A DNA stretch of 63,992 nucleotides, the filler included. It is 5 parts of 5 records of this genome, joined end to end, with 100 filler letters (N's around TTAATTAATTAA, not from the genome) between each part and the next. Parts side by side here need not be neighbours in the genome. Positions count along the whole stretch, not along the records: positions 58,401 to 63,992 come from DRR723986_8747; 4 more parts are not named here. One strand, 5' to 3'. Every line of letters begins with the position of its first letter. Position 1 is the stretch's first letter. Positions 60,092-63,992 of this stretch are shown here, one piece after another. A model generated the notes under the pieces. That model saw only the letters and a list, made by a program, of their open reading frames with translations. It had not been told where the DNA came from and made no database searches. A program made the translations under genes and the position numbers.

Positions 60092-61243
60092 ATGCGCAAC
60101 CCCCTGAAATCCGCCATCAAGACCTCCTCCGGCCTCGCCCGCCAGAGCGCACTCTACGCTGGCAATGCCTTCGACCGGATTTTCCGGGCGGCCAGCCTGG
60201 TGCAGGCAGGCCAGACCCCGTTCGAGACCCTGCACAGCAATGGGCTGGTGAGCCTGCGATACTATCCGCCGCTGGAGGAGGATTTCATCGAACTGGATGG
60301 CATGGTGATCCCGGTAGAACGCAAGACCCACCGCACGCCGATCGTCATCATTCCTCCTCTGGCCGTGAATATGCTGATCTATGATCTGTTTCCCCAGCGA
60401 AGTCTGGTGCGTTTCCTTCGAGCCAGAGGATTTGAGGTCTATCTGATCGACTGGGGTATGCCGGGCCGGGAACACACCCACTACAACATGCATACCTATG
60501 TTGCCGAATTCCTGCCTGAGTATCTGAATCGAGTCCGGGAACACAGTGGGGAACAGGAACTGTCACTGCATGGCTGGAGCATGGGCGGCATGTTCACGCT
60601 GTTCTACTCTGCCCTCAGCAAGGACCAGCACATCCGCAACGCCATCGTCCTGGGCCTGCCCATCGACAGCCATGCTTCCGGCCTGATTGGCTGGATGTAT
60701 CAACGAATTGCAGACGTTGCAGAACTAGTGCGCAAGCGAACCGGTTTCCGGCTCCACGACATGAAACCGCACTGGTTCCACACGCCGGGCTGGGCCAACA
60801 CCATCGGCTTCAAGTTGACCAACCCGGTTGGCAGTGTGATGGGCTACTGGGAGTTGATCGTGCGCCTGGGCGACCGCGAATTCGTCACCAACCATGCCAC
60901 CACCTCGGCCTTTCTGGACCGGATGGTGGCCTACCCCGGTGGCGTCATTCAGGACACCGTGGTCCGGGTCTGGATTGATAACCAGTTGGCCAAAGGCCAG
61001 ATCCAGATTGGCGACGACTTCGCGCGACTGGAGAATGTAAACGCCAACTTACTGGCCATCGCCGGCCAGGAGGACACCCTGGCTACACCCGGTGCCGCCA
61101 AGCGAGTGATGGACCACGTCAGCTCCACGGATAAGACCTTCCGGGTGGCCCCCGGCGGGCACATGGGGATACTGGCCGGAAGCAAAGCGCCCCGGGCGTC
61201 CTGGCTTGAGCTGGCCGACTGGTTGGCTGCAAGGTCTGACTGA
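60092..61243 (+). CDS. PhaC(class III)-like alpha/beta hydrolase with a Ser nucleophile
   Basis: PIVIIPPL..IYDL.PQRSLVR, VYLIDWG, GWSMGG, GQEDTL, GGHMG. Confidence 0.78.
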   Translation: MRNPLKSAIKTSSGLARQSALYAGNAFDRIFRAASLVQAGQTPFETLHSNGLVSLRYYPPLEEDFIELDGMVIPVERKTHRTPIVIIPPLAVNMLIYDLFPQRSLVRFLRARGFEVYLIDWGMPGREHTHYNMHTYVAEFLPEYLNRVREHSGEQELSLHGWSMGGMFTLFYSALSKDQHIRNAIVLGLPIDSHASGLIGWMYQRIADVAELVRKRTGFRLHDMKPHWFHTPGWANTIGFKLTNPVGSVMGYWELIVRLGDREFVTNHATTSAFLDRMVAYPGGVIQDTVVRVWIDNQLAKGQIQIGDDFARLENVNANLLAIAGQEDTLATPGAAKRVMDHVSSTDKTFRVAPGGHMGILAGSKAPRASWLELADWLAARSD

Positions 61244-61323
61244 TACTACTTTCACAAGCGGCAGGTGGCAGGGAGCGCTTTCCACCGCTGACTTTCCGTC
61301 TTCCCTGCTTTAAACTGCCACCC

Positions 61324-62235
61324 ATGAAACCTGTTGATATGTTGAGCCTGGATCTGCGATCCCTGGCAACGTTTGTGGCGGTTCTGGATGAGGGCAGCGT
61401 GTCCCGGGCGGCGGTTCGTCTGGGCGTTACCCAATCGGCCGTGAGCCACACCCTCGAGCGCCTGAGACAGGCCTTCGGCGACCCCCTGTTTGTGAAATCA
61501 GGGCGCGGCATTGTACCCACCGACTACGCCCTGCGCACCGGCCCCCACATCCGCCAGCTGCTGGACGATCTGCGCACCCTGCCCTCCGGGCCGCCCTTCG
61601 AGCCGGCGTCGGCGGAATTCACCTTCACCATTGCCGCCAACGACTACCAGCGGGATCTGCTTCTGCCCGGGCTGCTCCGAATCCTGCGGCAGCAGGCCCC
61701 GGGCATCCGGCTACAGGTGATTCCCTCCGGCATCCCCAACGCCGACATGCTGCGCAAAGAAGCCTGCGACCTGATCATCAGCCCGCACGCACCAGAAACC
61801 ACCGACATCATGCAACGGGGCCTGATGGCGGACCGCATGGTGGTGTTCTACGACCCAAACCAACGCAACGCGCCCACAGATCTGGCCGAATACCTGAAAG
61901 CCGATCACATCGCCCTGATGTTCGCCACCGGCGAACGGCCCGGCTTTGAAAACACCCTGCACGCCAAGGGCCTGGACCGCCGCAACGTGGTCACCGTCTC
62001 CAACTTCTCCGGCCTGCCCGAATTCCTCCGCGGCACCGACATGCTGGCCACCGCCCCGGAACGCATGAGCGCACAACTGATGCGGGACTTCGCCTGGGTT
62101 CCACTTCCCTTCGACTACAAGCCCTTTACCCTGCTGATGCTATGGCACCGAAGGCACCAGAATGACCCGGCCCACCGCTGGGTGCGCAACCAGGTGAATT
62201 CGGTTGCAGCGACCATGAACGGGCTGAACGATTAA
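61324..62235 (+). CDS. LysR family regulator (NodD/NahR-like)
   Basis: LDLRSL..F..SVSRAA..LGVTQSAVSH.L.RLR..FGDPLF; WHRR..DPAHRW. Confidence 0.93.
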   Translation: MKPVDMLSLDLRSLATFVAVLDEGSVSRAAVRLGVTQSAVSHTLERLRQAFGDPLFVKSGRGIVPTDYALRTGPHIRQLLDDLRTLPSGPPFEPASAEFTFTIAANDYQRDLLLPGLLRILRQQAPGIRLQVIPSGIPNADMLRKEACDLIISPHAPETTDIMQRGLMADRMVVFYDPNQRNAPTDLAEYLKADHIALMFATGERPGFENTLHAKGLDRRNVVTVSNFSGLPEFLRGTDMLATAPERMSAQLMRDFAWVPLPFDYKPFTLLMLWHRRHQNDPAHRWVRNQVNSVAATMNGLND

Positions 62236-62324
62236 TCAATCAATTTTGTTCATGTATTGCATGAGACCAGCAGGCATTATCCCCAACGTTGCTTCCGCCT
62301 AGACTTCCCCTCCATACGACGGGT

Positions 62325-62435
62325 GGTGTGAGTGAGCTATCGCCTCCCAAAAACTTGCGGAGCCAGGGATGGCGGAGCAGAGCGTACATGGAAGTATTTA
62401 CAGCGTTTTTTGGGAGGCGATAGCTCACTCGCACC
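62325..62435. repeat. 111-bp palindromic intergenic element (REP/MITE-like) with 29-bp inverted arms
   Basis: GGTGTGAGTGAGCTATCGCCTCCCAAAAA (62325-62353) versus TTTTTGGGAGGCGATAGCTCACTCGCACC (62407-62435); 28/29 complementary. Confidence 0.85.
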
Positions 62436-62458
62436 TAACCTCAATAAAAGGACAAATA

Positions 62459-63676
62459 GTGTTAGCACTCACAAGTATCTGGACAACCATACTGCTGGCC
62501 GCCGCCGTCGCCCTCGGGCCACTGGCCGTGGACATGTACCTGCCAGCATTGCCCCAGATCGGCGCCGACTTCGATGCCGGCACCGATCAGGTCCAGCTGA
62601 CCCTGAGCGTCTACCTGGCCGGCTTCGCCATCGCACAACTCATCTGCGGGCCGCTGGCCGACCGCTTTGGCCGCAAACCCATCATGATCGGTGGCTTCCT
62701 GCTCTTTACTGTTGCGAGCATCGGCTGCGCCCTGGCCAACAACATCGAAACCCTGCAGCTGTTCCGGTTCCTGCAAGCCCTGGGCGGCTCCGCTGGCCCT
62801 GTGTTGGGTCGCGCCATCATCCGCGACATCTATACCCCCCGGGAAGCCGCCAAAATCCTCGCCCTGCTGGCCAGCATCATGGCCCTGGCACCGGCGGTGG
62901 CCCCTACACTGGGCGGCCTGATGGTCGGCGGTCTCAGTTGGCACTGGATCTTCATCGCCATGGGCGGCTACGCCCTCGTCATGGCGGCGGTCACCGCTTT
63001 TGGCATCCCTGAGCCACTGAAACCGGAGTATCGCCAGCCCCTGCGCCTGTGCCACCTGTTCGCCAACTACCGGCGCATCAGCACCGACGCCAGCTTCATT
63101 GGCTACACCCTGACCAACGCCACCATCTACGGCGGGCTGTTTGCCTTCCTGTCTGGCGCCTCCTTCGTGCTGATTGACGTACTGGGGGTTCAGCCCGAGC
63201 ACTTCGGCTTCTACTTCGCCGCCATCGTCGTGGGCTACATCGCTGGTAATCTGGGCTCCATCCGACTGGCGCGTTACCTGGGGCCGGATCAGATCCTGTT
63301 CTACGGTCTGATCACCGCTCTGGCCGGCGGCGCCATCATGGCGCTCCTGGCCTACCAACAGGTTTACAGCCCGTGGGCGGTGATGATTCCCCAGGCCATC
63401 TTCATGGCCGGTACCGGCCTGGTACTGCCCCAGTGCATGGCCGGCGCCCTGGCCAACTTCCCCACCATGGCCGGCTCCGCCTCCGCGCTTTTTGGCTTTA
63501 TCCAGATGAGCGCCGCCGCCATCGCCGGCGCCATCGTCGGAGCCCTGCACAATGGCACCCCTCTGGTGATGGCCACCGTCATCGCCACCTGCGCCGGCCT
63601 GGCCATGATCGGCTACCTGCTGCTGGTACAACGCTACCCGGCGAAAGCCTTTGAAACCGGAAAAGCCAGCGCCTGA
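62459..63676 (+). CDS. Bcr/CflA subfamily MFS drug-resistance transporter
   Basis: DMYLPALP, GPLADRFGRKP (motif A), RFLQALGG, AIIRD; GTG start after AGGA. Confidence 0.93.
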   Translation: MLALTSIWTTILLAAAVALGPLAVDMYLPALPQIGADFDAGTDQVQLTLSVYLAGFAIAQLICGPLADRFGRKPIMIGGFLLFTVASIGCALANNIETLQLFRFLQALGGSAGPVLGRAIIRDIYTPREAAKILALLASIMALAPAVAPTLGGLMVGGLSWHWIFIAMGGYALVMAAVTAFGIPEPLKPEYRQPLRLCHLFANYRRISTDASFIGYTLTNATIYGGLFAFLSGASFVLIDVLGVQPEHFGFYFAAIVVGYIAGNLGSIRLARYLGPDQILFYGLITALAGGAIMALLAYQQVYSPWAVMIPQAIFMAGTGLVLPQCMAGALANFPTMAGSASALFGFIQMSAAAIAGAIVGALHNGTPLVMATVIATCAGLAMIGYLLLVQRYPAKAFETGKASA

Positions 63677-63796
63677 AAGGCTCGCACGAGCATGATCCAG
63701 TTAAAGTCGGGGATGAAAAGTCATCCAAAGTAAGCTACACAGAGTAAGTTGCAGAACGTAAAACCAAGGAACTCTCAACAAACTCAGGAGCAGCAT

Positions 63797-63992
63797 ATGA
63801 GTAACGTCACCCTCGACGGCAACCCCATTGAACTGAGCGGAAAATTCCCCCAGCCGGGCGACAACGTACCGCCCTTCACCCTGACCAGCAGCGGACTGGA
63901 AGAAGTCAAGCTCGACAACTGGGCCGGTAAACGCAAAATCCTCAACATCATCCCCAGCATCGACACCGGTGTATGCGCTGCCAGCACCCGCA
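63797..63992 (+). CDS. tpx: Thiol peroxidase Tpx (3' truncated; missing from the ORF track)
   Basis: Translated by hand: MSNVTLDGNPIELSGKFPQPGDNVPPFTL..KRKILNIIPSIDTGVCAASTR; AGGAG RBS. Confidence 0.92.
   Translation, partial: MSNVTLDGNPIELSGKFPQPGDNVPPFTLTSSGLEEVKLDNWAGKRKILNIIPSIDTGVCAASTR

Noticed and set aside
62369-62458. N-terminal extension of the MFS ORF
   Set aside because: It runs through the palindromic repeat; the GTG at 62459 with an AGGA RBS is the better start.

Overview
The window is not one locus. It is five contigs joined by artificial 100-nt spacers (N44-TTAATTAATTAA-N44 at 9763-9862, 20722-20821, 50233-50332, 58301-58400). Contig 1 (1-9762) looks gammaproteobacterial (Marinobacter-like) and carries the ordinary fimV-truA-trpFBA-accD-folC-dedD-cvpA-purF block. 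Contig 2 (9863-20721) looks like GC-rich Rhodobacteraceae: accD-folC, rhodanese, LysM, lytic transglycosylase, accA, LysE, PhyH dioxygenase, a degenerate DgoK, SulP and type II SQR. Contig 3 (20822-50232, Roseobacter-like) has a ~21 kb accessory region between gyrB and tRNA-Arg(CCT), followed by a LacI regulator, a YcaQ-like glycosylase and boxR/boxA/boxB. That accessory region holds the best candidate for an undescribed system: a divergent MarR + AmiC-like amide sensor, then an operon of flotillin, an Urt/Liv-type ABC importer whose last ATPase is fused in frame to a CX3C amidase, and an acyl-CoA ligase. A second cassette follows (MarR bracketed by an 18-bp inverted operator, TctCBA, USP and a PHP/DUF3604-like metallohydrolase). 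Contig 4 (50333-58300) starts with a tRNA-fMet 3' end and encodes a phosphorelay behind a CtrA-type box: CHASE hybrid kinase, PAS kinase, receiver, Hpt and a receiver with a degenerate GGDEF-like domain. Contig 5 (58401-63992, Marinobacter-like) has an RNase II end, a small protein, an acyltransferase, a PhaC-like Ser hydrolase, LysR, a palindromic repeat element, a Bcr/CflA MFS and tpx. All taxon and family calls come from motif recognition by eye; no searches were run.
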